A stretch of 64,000 nucleotides of DNA from Chloroflexota bacterium (GCA_005880985.1 VBIQ01000008.1:64003-128002), one strand, 5' to 3'. Counted from the first letter of the stretch, positions 1-10,262 are shown. A program made the numbers and translations. The notes: generated by a model from the letters alone, not told the origin.

Positions 1-1072
1 CCGCGGCGGCATGCGCCCTTTGCTGCTCGAGCGAGCGACCCTCGGGGAGGGGTCGACCGCAAAGGGCGCCGGCGGGGTGCGGCAGCAGTTCTCCACCGAG
101 GTCAACGTCCGCGTCAGCCGGATGTCGCGCGCCATGTTGCGCCGCTTTCCCGATGAGATCGGCGCCACCGCGGCGCTGCGCGAGATCGGCTATCTCCTCC
201 TCGCCACCACCGACGTTGAGGCCGAACAGTTCGCCCGCAACGTCGAGGTGCAACGCACTGCCGGGCTCGAGGAGGTCCGGCTGCTGAGCCCCGACCAGGC
301 CCTCGAGCTGGTCCCCGAGCTGCGCGGTGACGATCTGCGCGCCGCCACCTTCTGCCCCACCGACGGTCTCGCCGGGCCTCACGAGGTGACCACCGGGTAC
401 GCCGCCGCGGCGCGCCGGCTGGGAGCGCGGATCGTCGAGGACTGCGCGGTCGAAGCGGTCGAGCGCGATGCCGGCCGGGTCATCAGCGTCCGCGCTCGCG
501 GCCAGAGCGTTGCTGCCTCGATTGTCGTGAACTGCGCGGGCGCCTACGCCGCGGTGGTCGGCGCCATGGCCGGGGTCAGCGTGCCGGTCAAGCCCTACCG
601 CCGCCACATCTTCGTCACCGAGCCCTTCTCGCTGTCGCGGCCGGCGCCGATGACGGTGGACTTCCACACGTCCTTCTATTTCCATCCCGAGGGCGACGGG
701 CTGCTGCTGGGGATGAGCGACCCCGCCGAGCCGCCTTCCTTCGACACCTCGGTCGCCTGGGACTTTCTCGAGCACCTGATCGAGCACGCGACCTGGCGCC
801 TGCCGGTGCTGGAGCGCGCCACCATCCGCACCGGCTGGGCGGGGTTGTACGAGGTGTCGCCCGACAATCAGGCCATCGTCGGAGAGGCGCCGGAGCTGGC
901 GGGCTTCTGGCTCTGCTGCGGGTTCTCGGGACACGGGTTCATGCAGGCGCCGGCGATGGGTCACCTGCTGGCGGAGCGGCTGCTCGGAGGTGAGCCCGAG
1001 ATCGACCTGGCTCCCTACGCCCCGCAACGCTTCGCGCGCGGCGACCTGCGGCCCGAGGCGGCCGTCATCTGA
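1..1072 (+). CDS. FAD-dependent oxidoreductase, sarcosine oxidase beta / DAO family (5'-truncated by window edge)
   Basis: GEGSTAKGAGGVRQQF, WAGLYEVSPDNQAIVG and GFSGHGFMQAPAMG motifs. The N-terminal GxGxxG is missing and the frame is open to position 2, so the true start lies upstream. Confidence 0.85.
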   Translation, partial: RGGMRPLLLERATLGEGSTAKGAGGVRQQFSTEVNVRVSRMSRAMLRRFPDEIGATAALREIGYLLLATTDVEAEQFARNVEVQRTAGLEEVRLLSPDQALELVPELRGDDLRAATFCPTDGLAGPHEVTTGYAAAARRLGARIVEDCAVEAVERDAGRVISVRARGQSVAASIVVNCAGAYAAVVGAMAGVSVPVKPYRRHIFVTEPFSLSRPAPMTVDFHTSFYFHPEGDGLLLGMSDPAEPPSFDTSVAWDFLEHLIEHATWRLPVLERATIRTGWAGLYEVSPDNQAIVGEAPELAGFWLCCGFSGHGFMQAPAMGHLLAERLLGGEPEIDLAPYAPQRFARGDLRPEAAVI

Positions 1073-1147
1073 GGCCGCTGCGGCCGGGCTGTCAGCGGAC
1101 GGTTGCGCCGGCGGCGCCGCGCCGGCCGCCGGGTATCGTGGCCGCGC

Positions 1148-2719
1148 GTGAGCGCGATGCCAGGGTCGGCCGAGTCACCGCCGCGGCCCCCGCTGGGGCG
1201 GCGCGGGCGGCGGTGGTGGCTGCTGCTGGCGCTGATGGTGGCGCTGGTGCCGACGGTGGTGGTCGCCGGCCTGACCCTGGCCGGCCGAGCGCGCGGCGGC
1301 GGGGCCGAGGTCGCCCTGGTCGGTGCCGTCGCCCGCGGCGCCACCGCGACCAGCATCGACCGCGTTGAGCTCGGCGGTGCGGGCAACACGGTGACGCTGA
1401 CGGCGACGACGTCACCCCTGGCCCGCGCCCCCGACGAGGCCGATCTCGGCGTGCAGCATGTTCCCGCGGGACGCTACCAGGAGGTTCGCGTCGGTGTCGG
1501 TTCCACCACGCTGCGCGCCGCGCTCCGGCTGCAGCTCCATGACGGCGATCTGGTTCCGCTGCTGGTCGTCGTCGACGGTGGCAGGCTCAGCGCCTACACC
1601 GGCAGCGGCGCGGTGAGTCTTGGGTTACAGCTGGCGGGGGGCACCGTGGTCCACCCGCCCGACGCCATCACCCTCGCCGACCAGAACGGGGTCACCGCCT
1701 CGCTGCAGCAGCTGCTGCGTGGCCATCTCACCGTCCTCGTCTCCTTCAACACCCACTGCCACGACACCTGTCCGCTGTACACGGCTCTGCTCGCCGACCT
1801 CGAGCAGACCCTGCGGGCGCGCGGCTGGCAGGACCGGGTGCAGCTGTTGGAGGTGACCATGGACCCGGGCCGCGACAGTCCCGCGGTGCTGAGCGCCTAT
1901 GCCCGGCTGACCGGCGCCGACTGGAGGCTGCTCACCGGCGATCCCGCGGCGGTGCGGCTGTTCTGGAACGCTCTCGGGGTGCGCTATCAGGAATCGGCGT
2001 ATCCGCCGCAGGCCGCGCCGATCGACTGGTACTCGGGAACGCCGGAGGCCTATCACCTCGATCACGATTCGGCGGTCTTCGTCGTCGATGGCGACGGCAA
2101 CAGCGACTTCGCCCTGCTCGGCAATCCGCGCCTCTCCCACGGGCTCAGCCAGCCCCTCGACCACCTGCTGCAGCTCGGCGGCCACTCAGCGGCGCCGTAC
2201 GAGGCGCTGGCAACGTGGACGATCACCGACCTGCTGGACCGCGTCGACGTGGTGCTGCACGAGCCCGCCGAGCAGGCGCGAGCGACCGAGGCCACGGTGG
2301 CGCCGGGGACGGCAGTTCCCGACTTCACCCTCCGTGACCTCGATGGGCAGCAGGTCCGGCTGGCGCAGCTGGTCGGCGCGCCGGTGATCGTCAACTTCTG
2401 GGCCACCTGGTGCGGTCCCTGCCGCGCCGAGCTGCCGCGACTCGCCGCCGCGGTGCGCGAGCATCCCCGACTGCGGGTGCTGGCGGTGGACGAGGCGGAG
2501 GACGCGGCATCGGTGCGCAGCTATCTGCGTTCGCTCACCGGAACCTCGTCGCTCACCGTGCTGTTGGACGGCGACCGCGCCGTGGCGGAGCGATACGCGC
2601 TGGCGGGGATGCCGGTGAGCGTGATGGTCGATGCCGGCGGCACGGTGCGCGCGGTCCACGTGGGCGAGTTGAGCAGCGGCGATCTCCGCCAGGCGTTGAC
2701 GGCGATCGGAGCCGCCTGA
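1148..2719 (+). CDS. Membrane-anchored SCO (copper chaperone) + TlpA-like thioredoxin fusion protein
   Basis: N-terminal hydrophobic helix; SCO motif FNTHCHDTCP, TMDPGRDSP and His in HLDHDS; C-terminal PDFTLRDLDG...NFWATWCGPCRAE. Start GTG 1148 or ATG 1157. Confidence 0.85.
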   Translation: MSAMPGSAESPPRPPLGRRGRRWWLLLALMVALVPTVVVAGLTLAGRARGGGAEVALVGAVARGATATSIDRVELGGAGNTVTLTATTSPLARAPDEADLGVQHVPAGRYQEVRVGVGSTTLRAALRLQLHDGDLVPLLVVVDGGRLSAYTGSGAVSLGLQLAGGTVVHPPDAITLADQNGVTASLQQLLRGHLTVLVSFNTHCHDTCPLYTALLADLEQTLRARGWQDRVQLLEVTMDPGRDSPAVLSAYARLTGADWRLLTGDPAAVRLFWNALGVRYQESAYPPQAAPIDWYSGTPEAYHLDHDSAVFVVDGDGNSDFALLGNPRLSHGLSQPLDHLLQLGGHSAAPYEALATWTITDLLDRVDVVLHEPAEQARATEATVAPGTAVPDFTLRDLDGQQVRLAQLVGAPVIVNFWATWCGPCRAELPRLAAAVREHPRLRVLAVDEAEDAASVRSYLRSLTGTSSLTVLLDGDRAVAERYALAGMPVSVMVDAGGTVRAVHVGELSSGDLRQALTAIGAA

Positions 2720-2777
2720 CCGCCGCCGACGGGCGCGGCCCGCGGCAGCGGGAGGGGGAGGTAGCATCAGAGCGGAG

Positions 2778-5519
2778 ATGACCCAGCTCGACGAACGACC
2801 TCCTGCCACGCCGCTGATCTCGGGACCGAGCGGCCCGCTGGCGGTGGTGCCGCCGGCGCTCGAGGACATCGACCCCGAGGAGACCCGGGAGTGGCTGGAG
2901 TCTCTCGACGAGCTCATCGACCGCTACGGTCCCGAGCGCGCTCGCTTCATCGTGACCCGGCTGATGGAACGTGCCCACCACCGGCACGTCCACCTGCCGC
3001 TGCGACGCACCACCGACTACGTCAACACCATCGCTCCCAATGAGGAAGCGGCCTTCCCCGGTGACGAGGCGATGGAACGTCGCATCCGGCGCATCGTCCG
3101 CTGGAACGCGGCCGCCATGGTCACCCGCGCCAACGCCCGCTGGCCGGGCATCGGCGGTCACCTCTCGACCTACGCGTCGGCGGCGTCGCTCTACGAGGTC
3201 GGCTTCAACCACTTCTTCCGCGGCCGCGACAAGGGCTCGGGGGACCAGGTGTACTTCCAGGGTCACGCCACCCCCGGCATCTACGCGCGCGCCTTTCTCG
3301 AGGGGTTCTTCGACGAGGCCCGCCTCGATCACTTTCGCACCGAGGTGCAGGGTCCCGGGCTGTCGTCCTATCCGCATCCGCGGCTGATGCCTGACTTCTG
3401 GGAGTTTCCCACGGTGTCGATGGGCCTCGGCCCGCTCAACGCCATCTATCAGGCACGCTTCAACCGCTACCTGCGCGACCGCGACATCAAGGACACCGAC
3501 GCCTCTCGCGTCTGGTGCTTCGTCGGCGATGGCGAGATGGACGAGCCGGAATCGCTCGCCGGCCTGGCGATCGCGGCCCGCGAGAACCTGGACAACCTGA
3601 TCTTCGTGATCAACTGCAACCTGCAGCGGCTCGATGGCCCGGTGCGCGGCAACGGCAAGGTGATCCAGGAGCTCGAGGCGCTGTTCTTCGGGGCCGGCTG
3701 GAACGTCATCAAGGTGATCTGGGGCCGCGAGTGGGACGACCTGCTGGCACGTGACCGCGACGGAGTGCTGCTGGAGAAGATGAACCGCACCGTTGATGGT
3801 GAGTTCCAGAAGTACGCGACCGAGACAGGCGCGTATGTCCGTGAGCGCTTCTTCGGTCCCGATCCCCGTCTCCAGCAGTTGGTGGCCCATCTCTCCGACG
3901 ATGAGATCCGTCACCTGCGACGGGGCGGCCACGACTACCGCAAGCTCTACAGCGCCTACCGCAAGGCGGTGGAGTGGGAGCACAGCCCCACCGTCATCCT
4001 GGCCAAGACGGTCAAGGGCTGGGTGCTCGGTCCCGTCTTCGAAGCGCGCAACGCCACCCACCAGATCAAGAAGATGAGCGAGCTGGAGGTGAAGACCTTC
4101 CGCGACCGGCTCGAGCTTCCCATTCCCGACTCCGAGCTGAAGGACGGCCATGTGCCCTACTTCCACCCCGGGGAGAAGAGCGAGGAGGTCGCCTACCTGC
4201 GCGAGCGCCGGCAGGCGTTGGGTGGCTACATCCCGCGGCGGTCGACCAAGGCTCGCAAGGTGGAGATGCCCGCCGCCGCCGCCTTCGCCGACCTCTTCGG
4301 CGGCACCGGCGACAAGGGGCAGGCATCGACCACCGCCGCCTTCGTGCGACTGCTGCGCAATCTGCTTCGCGACAAGTCGGTGGGCAAGCGGGTGGTGCCG
4401 GTGATCCCGGATGAGGGACGCACCTTCGGCATGGACGCGCTCTTCCACGAGTTCAAGATCTACGCGTGGACGGGACAGCTCTACGAGCCCGTCGACGCCA
4501 AGATGCTGATCAGCTACCGCGAGGGCAAGGACGGCCAGATCCTCGAGGAGGGAATCACCGAGGCGGGCAGCATGGCGAGCTTCACCGCCGCCGGCACCTC
4601 GTACGCGACCCACGGCGAGCCGATGATCCCGTTCTTCACCTTCTACTCGATGTTCGGGTTCCAGCGGGTGGGCGACCTCATCTGGGCCTTCGGCGACGTG
4701 CGCGGACGCGGCTTCCTGCTCGGCGGCACCGCCGGGCGCACCACCCTGCACGGCGAGGGGCTGCAGCACGACGACGGCCACAGCCTGCTGGTGGCATCGT
4801 CGGTTCCAAACTGCCACGCGTACGATCCTGCTTTCGCCTATGAGGTGGCGGTGATCGTCCGCGACGGCATGCGGCGGATGCTCATCGACAAGCAGGACGT
4901 CTTCTACTACCTCGCGCTCTACAACGAGAACTACCCCATGCCGGCGATGCCCGCCGGGGTGGAGGAGGGGATCGTGCGCGGTCTCTATCCGCTGCACGCC
5001 GCCGAGGGAGTGAACCAGGACGCGCTGCGGGTGCAGCTGCTGGGGAGCGGCCCGATGGTGCGGGCGGCGCTGGAGGCGCAGTCGCTGCTCGCCGACCATC
5101 ACGGCGTGGCCGCCGACGTGTGGAGCGCGACCAGCTACCAGCAACTGCGCGCGGAGGCATTGCGAGTGGAGCGTTGGAACCGCCTCCACCCCACCAAGAC
5201 GCCGCGCGTGCCGCTGGTCACCGAGCAGCTGGCCACCTCGAAGGGGCCGATCATCGCCGTGAGCGACTGGATCAAGTCGGTGCCCGACCAGATCGCGCGC
5301 TGGGCGCCGCGGCGCTGGTGGACCTTGGGGACGGACGGATTCGGTCGCAGCGACACCCGCGAGGCGCTGCGCCGCCACTTCGAGGTCGACAGTGGCCACG
5401 TGGTGGTGGCGGCTCTGCATGCCCTCGCCGTCGAAGGCGCGGTGGAACCGGCGGCGGTGGCGGCCGCCATCAAGCGCTACGGCATCGACCCCGATGCCGT
5501 GGATCCCCGCGACGCGTAA
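2778..5519 (+). CDS. aceE: Pyruvate dehydrogenase E1, homodimeric type
   Basis: DIDPEETREWLESL, GGHLSTYAS, SSYPHPRLMPDFWEFPTVSMGLG, TPP motif GDGEMDEPES, LGTDGFGRSDTREALRRHFEVD; 913 aa. Confidence 0.97.
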   Translation: MTQLDERPPATPLISGPSGPLAVVPPALEDIDPEETREWLESLDELIDRYGPERARFIVTRLMERAHHRHVHLPLRRTTDYVNTIAPNEEAAFPGDEAMERRIRRIVRWNAAAMVTRANARWPGIGGHLSTYASAASLYEVGFNHFFRGRDKGSGDQVYFQGHATPGIYARAFLEGFFDEARLDHFRTEVQGPGLSSYPHPRLMPDFWEFPTVSMGLGPLNAIYQARFNRYLRDRDIKDTDASRVWCFVGDGEMDEPESLAGLAIAARENLDNLIFVINCNLQRLDGPVRGNGKVIQELEALFFGAGWNVIKVIWGREWDDLLARDRDGVLLEKMNRTVDGEFQKYATETGAYVRERFFGPDPRLQQLVAHLSDDEIRHLRRGGHDYRKLYSAYRKAVEWEHSPTVILAKTVKGWVLGPVFEARNATHQIKKMSELEVKTFRDRLELPIPDSELKDGHVPYFHPGEKSEEVAYLRERRQALGGYIPRRSTKARKVEMPAAAAFADLFGGTGDKGQASTTAAFVRLLRNLLRDKSVGKRVVPVIPDEGRTFGMDALFHEFKIYAWTGQLYEPVDAKMLISYREGKDGQILEEGITEAGSMASFTAAGTSYATHGEPMIPFFTFYSMFGFQRVGDLIWAFGDVRGRGFLLGGTAGRTTLHGEGLQHDDGHSLLVASSVPNCHAYDPAFAYEVAVIVRDGMRRMLIDKQDVFYYLALYNENYPMPAMPAGVEEGIVRGLYPLHAAEGVNQDALRVQLLGSGPMVRAALEAQSLLADHHGVAADVWSATSYQQLRAEALRVERWNRLHPTKTPRVPLVTEQLATSKGPIIAVSDWIKSVPDQIARWAPRRWWTLGTDGFGRSDTREALRRHFEVDSGHVVVAALHALAVEGAVEPAAVAAAIKRYGIDPDAVDPRDA

Positions 5520-5546
5520 CCACGATTGCGTGTCGGTGCGAGGAGG

Positions 5547-6884
5547 GTGATCGAGCCGAGCGGAATCGAGGCGCCGGTCGACCTCGCCGCCGTGAGCGCC
5601 GAGCCGGCCGCGCAGGCTTCCCCAGCGCGGGCACTGCGCCGCTTTCCCCCTCCGGCGCTCCAGGTCCGCCCCTTTCGCTGGTACTGGCTCGCGCAGTGGC
5701 CGGTGCTGCTCGGCGTCTGGATGCAGATGGTCGCCCTCGGCTACCTGGTGTACCGCCAGACGCACAGCAGCACCGCGGTCGGTGTCGCCGCCGCCGCTCA
5801 GGGACTGCCCGCGGTGCTGCTCTCCCTGGCCGGCGGAGTCGCCGCCGACCGGGTGCCCCGCCGCCGGATCCTGCTGGTGACCCAGAGCGTGCTCGGCACC
5901 AGCGCGGCAACCCTCGCCGTGCTTGCGGCGACCGGGCACGCGACCTTCGCCGCCATCGTGGTGGTCGCCGCCGTCTTCGGCTCGGCCGACGCCGTCGACC
6001 TGCCCACCAGGCAGGCGCTGGTCGCCGACCTGGTCGACCGCGAGCTGATCGTCAGCGCCGTCGCCCTCGGCACGGTGGTGATGAGCGCCACCCGCATCGC
6101 CGGGCCTTCACTCGCCGGGGTGCTGATCGCCTGGACCGGTCCCGCCGCCTGCTTCGCCACCTTGGCCCTCGCCTACACGGTGCCGCTGGCGGTGCTCGCT
6201 CTGGTGATCCCCGACCTGCCACCGGCGCCGCGGCGGGCCGGCAGCACCGCCTTGGGCGAGATCGGCCGGGCGCTGAGCACGGCCGCGCGTGATCGGCTGG
6301 TGCGTCCGGTGCTGATCTGCGTCGCCGTCATCTCCTTCCTCGGGGTGTCGTACATGCCGTACCTGCCTGTCCTGGCAGCAACTCGGCTGCACGGCGGCTC
6401 GACCGTGCTCGGCATCCTCTACAGCACCGGTGGGATCGGCGGCCTGGTGGGGGGAGTGGCGCTGGCATCGCTGGGGCGGACGGCGTCGCGGCGGCCGCTG
6501 CTCCTCGGCGGGGCGGTGCTCTATGCCTGCGGGTTGTTCACCGTCAGCCACACCGGTGCGCTGGCGGTCGCCCTGCCCGCGCTGGTGCTGATCACCCTCG
6601 GCTTTCTGGCGATGAACACCTCGCTGACGACGTGGATCCAGGCCGACACCGATCCCGCGATGCGCGGCCGCCTGCTCGGCATCTACACCATGCTGCTGGC
6701 CGGACTGCAGCCGCTGGGCACGTTGACCTACGGGCTGCTCGCCCACGTGGTGCCGCTGTTCGACGCCATCGGCATCGGCGGGCTGATCGTCGGCGCCGTC
6801 GGGGTGCTCACCGCCGGCAGCCCGGCGATGCGTGGTGCCTCAGGGGTCGCGCCCGCGGTCGCCGCAGTCGACGATCCTGGCTGA
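5547..6884 (+). CDS. MFS transporter (EntS/MFS_3-like exporter)
   Basis: About 12 hydrophobic segments, motif A GGVAADRVPRRRILL, PTRQALVADLV, MRGRLLGIY. Start uncertain (5526/5547/5592). Confidence 0.88.
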   Translation: MIEPSGIEAPVDLAAVSAEPAAQASPARALRRFPPPALQVRPFRWYWLAQWPVLLGVWMQMVALGYLVYRQTHSSTAVGVAAAAQGLPAVLLSLAGGVAADRVPRRRILLVTQSVLGTSAATLAVLAATGHATFAAIVVVAAVFGSADAVDLPTRQALVADLVDRELIVSAVALGTVVMSATRIAGPSLAGVLIAWTGPAACFATLALAYTVPLAVLALVIPDLPPAPRRAGSTALGEIGRALSTAARDRLVRPVLICVAVISFLGVSYMPYLPVLAATRLHGGSTVLGILYSTGGIGGLVGGVALASLGRTASRRPLLLGGAVLYACGLFTVSHTGALAVALPALVLITLGFLAMNTSLTTWIQADTDPAMRGRLLGIYTMLLAGLQPLGTLTYGLLAHVVPLFDAIGIGGLIVGAVGVLTAGSPAMRGASGVAPAVAAVDDPG

Positions 6885-6924
6885 GAGGACGCTCGAGCTC
6901 GGCGGACTACACTGCCCGACCGCC

Positions 6925-7899
6925 ATGCCCCCGGGTCTCGGTCGACGCAACGCTGCCCTCGTCGCGTCGGCGGCGGCAGCGCTCGCCTCGATGCTGCTTC
7001 TCAGCGGCTGCGGTGGGCCGACCTCGAACGCGGCCGCCACCGCCTCCAGCCCGGTCGCCCGGGTCGGGAACGACGTGATCCCGGTGTCCCTCTTCGAGCT
7101 CCGGGTCGGCAAGACCCTGGCCGGCATCCGCCAGGGAGGAGGGCCGGCGCAGGGTTCACCCGGCTACGCGGCGATGGTGAAACAGGTGCGGGCCAGCGTC
7201 ATGCGCAGCCTGATCATCGACACCGTCATCGCTCACGAGGCGTCGTTTCGTGGACTGGGCGCGACCGATGCAGAGGTTGAGCGCGAGCTCGCCAACGACG
7301 CCCGCGCCGCGGGAGGGATGGACAAGCTCCGCCAGCAGCTCGCCGGCGACGGTGGGTCACTCGATCAGCGCCGTGACGAGCTGCGCGCGCACATCAACGA
7401 GCAGCGCCTCGAGGATCTCTTCGCCAGGCAGCGAGCCGACGAGATCGCGGCTCAGCTCAACCACGGTGCCGACTTCGCCACCCTGGCGACGCAGCTCTCC
7501 GACGACGTGGCGACGCGCAGCCGCGGCGGTGATCTCGGAGTGCTCGGCGCAGACCAGCTCCGCGCCGGCGACGCGGCCTTCTCCGTCGCGGTCACCGCCC
7601 TGTCCGCCGGTCACACCACCTCCGCGCCGGTTCGTGACGACGCCGGGTACGAGCTGATCCGGGTCGACACCGTCGCCGCCGCCGGAAGCAGCGTGCGCCA
7701 CATCCTGGTGGCGGCCCCGCGCGTCTATCGTGTCGCCGACCGGCCCGCATGGTTCAGCCAGTCGATCCTCGACGCCGTCGCCCAGGACTGCGCGCACAAG
7801 GCGATCACCGTCTACATCGACGCGGGTCAGCAGCCGTGCGTCGCCGGTGCGTCGGCAACCGCGTCGCCGGCAACGGGTACCGCCTCCCCGACCCGGTGA
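6925..7899 (+). CDS. PrsA/SurA-like foldase lipoprotein with parvulin-type domain
   Basis: Lipobox LLSGC; VARVGNDVI SurA N-domain start; GADFATLATQLSDD...GGDLG parvulin signature. Confidence 0.8.
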   Translation: MPPGLGRRNAALVASAAAALASMLLLSGCGGPTSNAAATASSPVARVGNDVIPVSLFELRVGKTLAGIRQGGGPAQGSPGYAAMVKQVRASVMRSLIIDTVIAHEASFRGLGATDAEVERELANDARAAGGMDKLRQQLAGDGGSLDQRRDELRAHINEQRLEDLFARQRADEIAAQLNHGADFATLATQLSDDVATRSRGGDLGVLGADQLRAGDAAFSVAVTALSAGHTTSAPVRDDAGYELIRVDTVAAAGSSVRHILVAAPRVYRVADRPAWFSQSILDAVAQDCAHKAITVYIDAGQQPCVAGASATASPATGTASPTR

Positions 7900-8498
7900 G
7901 GGCGTTCCTGGGCGTCGCCGTCACCGAGCCCGCGCTTGCCGCGGCGGTCTCGCTGCTGGCGGAGCTGCGGCGGGAGGTCGCCGACGTTCGCTGGGTCCGC
8001 GACGAGGGGCTCCACCTGACCATTCATTTCTTCGGCGCGCTTCCCGCCGATCGCCTCGATGCCGCGGTGGCCGCGGTGGCCCCCGCGGCGGCGGCCACGT
8101 CGCCCTTCCGGGTGCGCCTCGCCGGGCCGGGCAGCTTTCCCGGCGGGCGTCGCGAGCGGGTGCTCTGGATCGGGGCGTCCGAGGGGACGGCGGAGATGGC
8201 GGCCCTGGCCGGGCGCTGCACCGCGGGCCTCGCCGCCACCGGCTTCGCCGTCGAGGAGCGACCGTTCCGCGCCCACTGCACCCTGGGGCGGCCCCGCGGC
8301 ACGGCGCTGAGCGCCGCCGCACGCGGGGCCTGGGAGCAGGCTGCCGCCGCCTCACTGCCCGCGTTCACCGCCGACCGGCTGACCCTCTACGAGTCGGTCC
8401 CGGCCCAGGGCGGACCCCTCTACGTGCCTCGCGCCGAGGCGGGGTTCGGTCAGGCGGGCTCGGCGAGTGCCGGGTTCGGCGCCGGCACCGGGGCCTGA
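7896..8498 (+). CDS. thpR: RNA 2',3'-cyclic phosphodiesterase (2H family)
   Basis: Starts MRAFLGV; two HxT motifs (LHLTIHF, AHCTLGR); GTGA overlap with the upstream stop. Confidence 0.9.
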   Translation: MRAFLGVAVTEPALAAAVSLLAELRREVADVRWVRDEGLHLTIHFFGALPADRLDAAVAAVAPAAAATSPFRVRLAGPGSFPGGRRERVLWIGASEGTAEMAALAGRCTAGLAATGFAVEERPFRAHCTLGRPRGTALSAAARGAWEQAAAASLPAFTADRLTLYESVPAQGGPLYVPRAEAGFGQAGSASAGFGAGTGA

Positions 8499-9394
8499 AG
8501 CGCGGCCACCGGCGCCGGTCGCGGCCGGCCAACCACCACCCCGGCGATCACCACCACGCCGCCCGCCAGTTGCAGCGGTCGCAGCGTCTCGCCCAGCGCC
8601 AGGAAGGCCACCACCGCCCCGAGGAAGGGCTGGAGGTAGCCGTAGACCGCCGCCCGGGTCGCGCCGAGGTGCTCGAGGCCGATGTAGAAGGCGAGGTTGC
8701 ACCAGCCGACCGCCATCACCGTGCTGAAGGCGAAGAAGCCGAGCAGCTGCCAGCTCAGCCGTGGCGGGGCCGTCGCCGCCTGGGCGGCGGCCACCGGGAG
8801 CAGGGGCAGGGCGCCGAGGATGGTGACCCAGCCGCTCAGGACCAGGGGCTGGTAGCGGGGGAGGAGGTCGACCAGGCGGGTGACGTAGAACGCCCAGACC
8901 AGCGGCGCTCCCAGGGCGATGAGGTCGCCGCCGATCTGGCCGTGCGCCCCGCCGCCCGCTCCGACCACCAGGACCAGGCCGGCCGCGCCCACCAGCATGC
9001 CGCTCCAGGCGCGGGCTCCAATCCGCTCGGAGCTCAGCAGCGCGCCGTAGGCGGCCACCACCAGGGGGGTGGCGCCGAGGATCAGGGAGACGTCGACGGC
9101 GGTGGTGTAGCGCAGCGAGACGGTGAAGGCGGTCTGGTTGGCGGCGATTCCGAAGAGCCCCGCCAGCGCCATCGCCCCCAGGTCGCGAAGCGGCGGCCGC
9201 CCCGACTCGGAACGGTGTAAACGCACCACGCTGAGCAGAAGCGTCCCACCGAGAAGGAACCGCGCCGCCGTGTACACGAGCGGGTCGACCGCGTCGAGGG
9301 CGACCTTGACCACGATGACGTTGACGCTCCAGACGCAGATCGCCGAGAGGACGAGGAGGTCGGAGGAGGACGCGCGGCGCGGGTGGCGACTCAC
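8450..9394 (-). CDS. DMT/EamA family transporter
   Basis: About 10 TM helices in two EamA repeats; LGATRAAVYGYLQP...LGETL. Confidence 0.9.
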   Translation of the reverse strand: MSRHPRRASSSDLLVLSAICVWSVNVIVVKVALDAVDPLVYTAARFLLGGTLLLSVVRLHRSESGRPPLRDLGAMALAGLFGIAANQTAFTVSLRYTTAVDVSLILGATPLVVAAYGALLSSERIGARAWSGMLVGAAGLVLVVGAGGGAHGQIGGDLIALGAPLVWAFYVTRLVDLLPRYQPLVLSGWVTILGALPLLPVAAAQAATAPPRLSWQLLGFFAFSTVMAVGWCNLAFYIGLEHLGATRAAVYGYLQPFLGAVVAFLALGETLRPLQLAGGVVVIAGVVVGRPRPAPVAALQAPVPAPNPALAEPA

Positions 9395-9563
9395 CCGGGC
9401 ACCCTACCGGAGGGCGGATGAACGGCGCCGGCGAAATGCAGCCCGGCCGGCACCGCAAGGGGATGAGCGCCACGTGTTAGGGGGGACAGCGACCGCGCGC
9501 CCCATGAAGAGAGGACAGGGGGGTGGGGGAGACGTTGCAGCGGCCACCGGCGTGGATGTGGCC

Positions 9564-10262
9564 TCAGTCGCCCCCCGTGGCGGCGGCGAGCACCGCCCTC
9601 GCCCCGGCGGCCGGGCCGCCAGGATGGCCGAAGACCGCGGTTCCCGAGACCAGGACGGTGGCACCGGCCTCGACGCAGGCGCGCGCGTTGGCGGTGTCGA
9701 CCCCGCCGTCGACCTCGACCTCGGTGGCCAGGCCCTGCCGCTCCACCTCCCGGCGAACCTGCTCCACCTTGTGGAGAGTGCGGGGGATCAGCTCCTGGCC
9801 GCCGAACCCGGGATCGATGGTCATCACCAGGGCCAGGTCGCAGGCCTCGAGGACGTCGTCCAGGTGATGGGCGGCTGTGCTGGGATTGATGGCGGCGCCG
9901 GCGCGGCAGTTCAGCTCGCGGATGGCGCCGAGGGTCCGATGCAGATGGGGGGAGACCTCGTAGTGGACGGTGATGCCGTCGGCGCCGGCTCGGGCGAAGG
10001 TCACGAGGTGGCGCTCGGGATCGACGATCATCAGGTGGAGCTCGAGGGGCAGCTCGGTCTCCCGGCGCAGGGAGCGCACGGTGTCGGTGCCGAAGGTGAA
10101 GTTGGGCACGAAGACGCCGTCCATCACGTCGACGTGAATCCGCTCGGCGCCGCCTCCCTCGAGCGCGCGCACGGCGTCTGCGAGGTGGCCGAAGTCGGCA
10201 GCCAGGACGCTGGGAGCGAGATGGATCGCCCCGGGGCACGGCGTCCAGGTGGAGCGCGGCAT
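9564..10262 (-). CDS. rpe: Ribulose-phosphate 3-epimerase
   Basis: LAPSVLAADF, IHVDVMDGVFVPNFTFG, HLMI, PGFGGQ, EVDGGV. Confidence 0.96.
   Translation of the reverse strand: MPRSTWTPCPGAIHLAPSVLAADFGHLADAVRALEGGGAERIHVDVMDGVFVPNFTFGTDTVRSLRRETELPLELHLMIVDPERHLVTFARAGADGITVHYEVSPHLHRTLGAIRELNCRAGAAINPSTAAHHLDDVLEACDLALVMTIDPGFGGQELIPRTLHKVEQVRREVERQGLATEVEVDGGVDTANARACVEAGATVLVSGTAVFGHPGGPAAGARAVLAAATGGD

Noticed and set aside
2778..5519. aceE without aceF/lpd as an anomaly
   Set aside because: A stand-alone aceE is common in high-GC Gram-positive bacteria.
2553..5939. 1128-aa antisense ORF over aceE, and similar ones at 13473-15461, 37076-39910 and 47397-49226
   Set aside because: Stop-poor antisense frames expected at this GC content, opposite well-conserved genes.
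9410..9560. G-run-rich intergenic stretch, possible ncRNA or G-quadruplex
   Set aside because: No recognisable RNA family; runs are irregularly spaced and unremarkable at this GC content.
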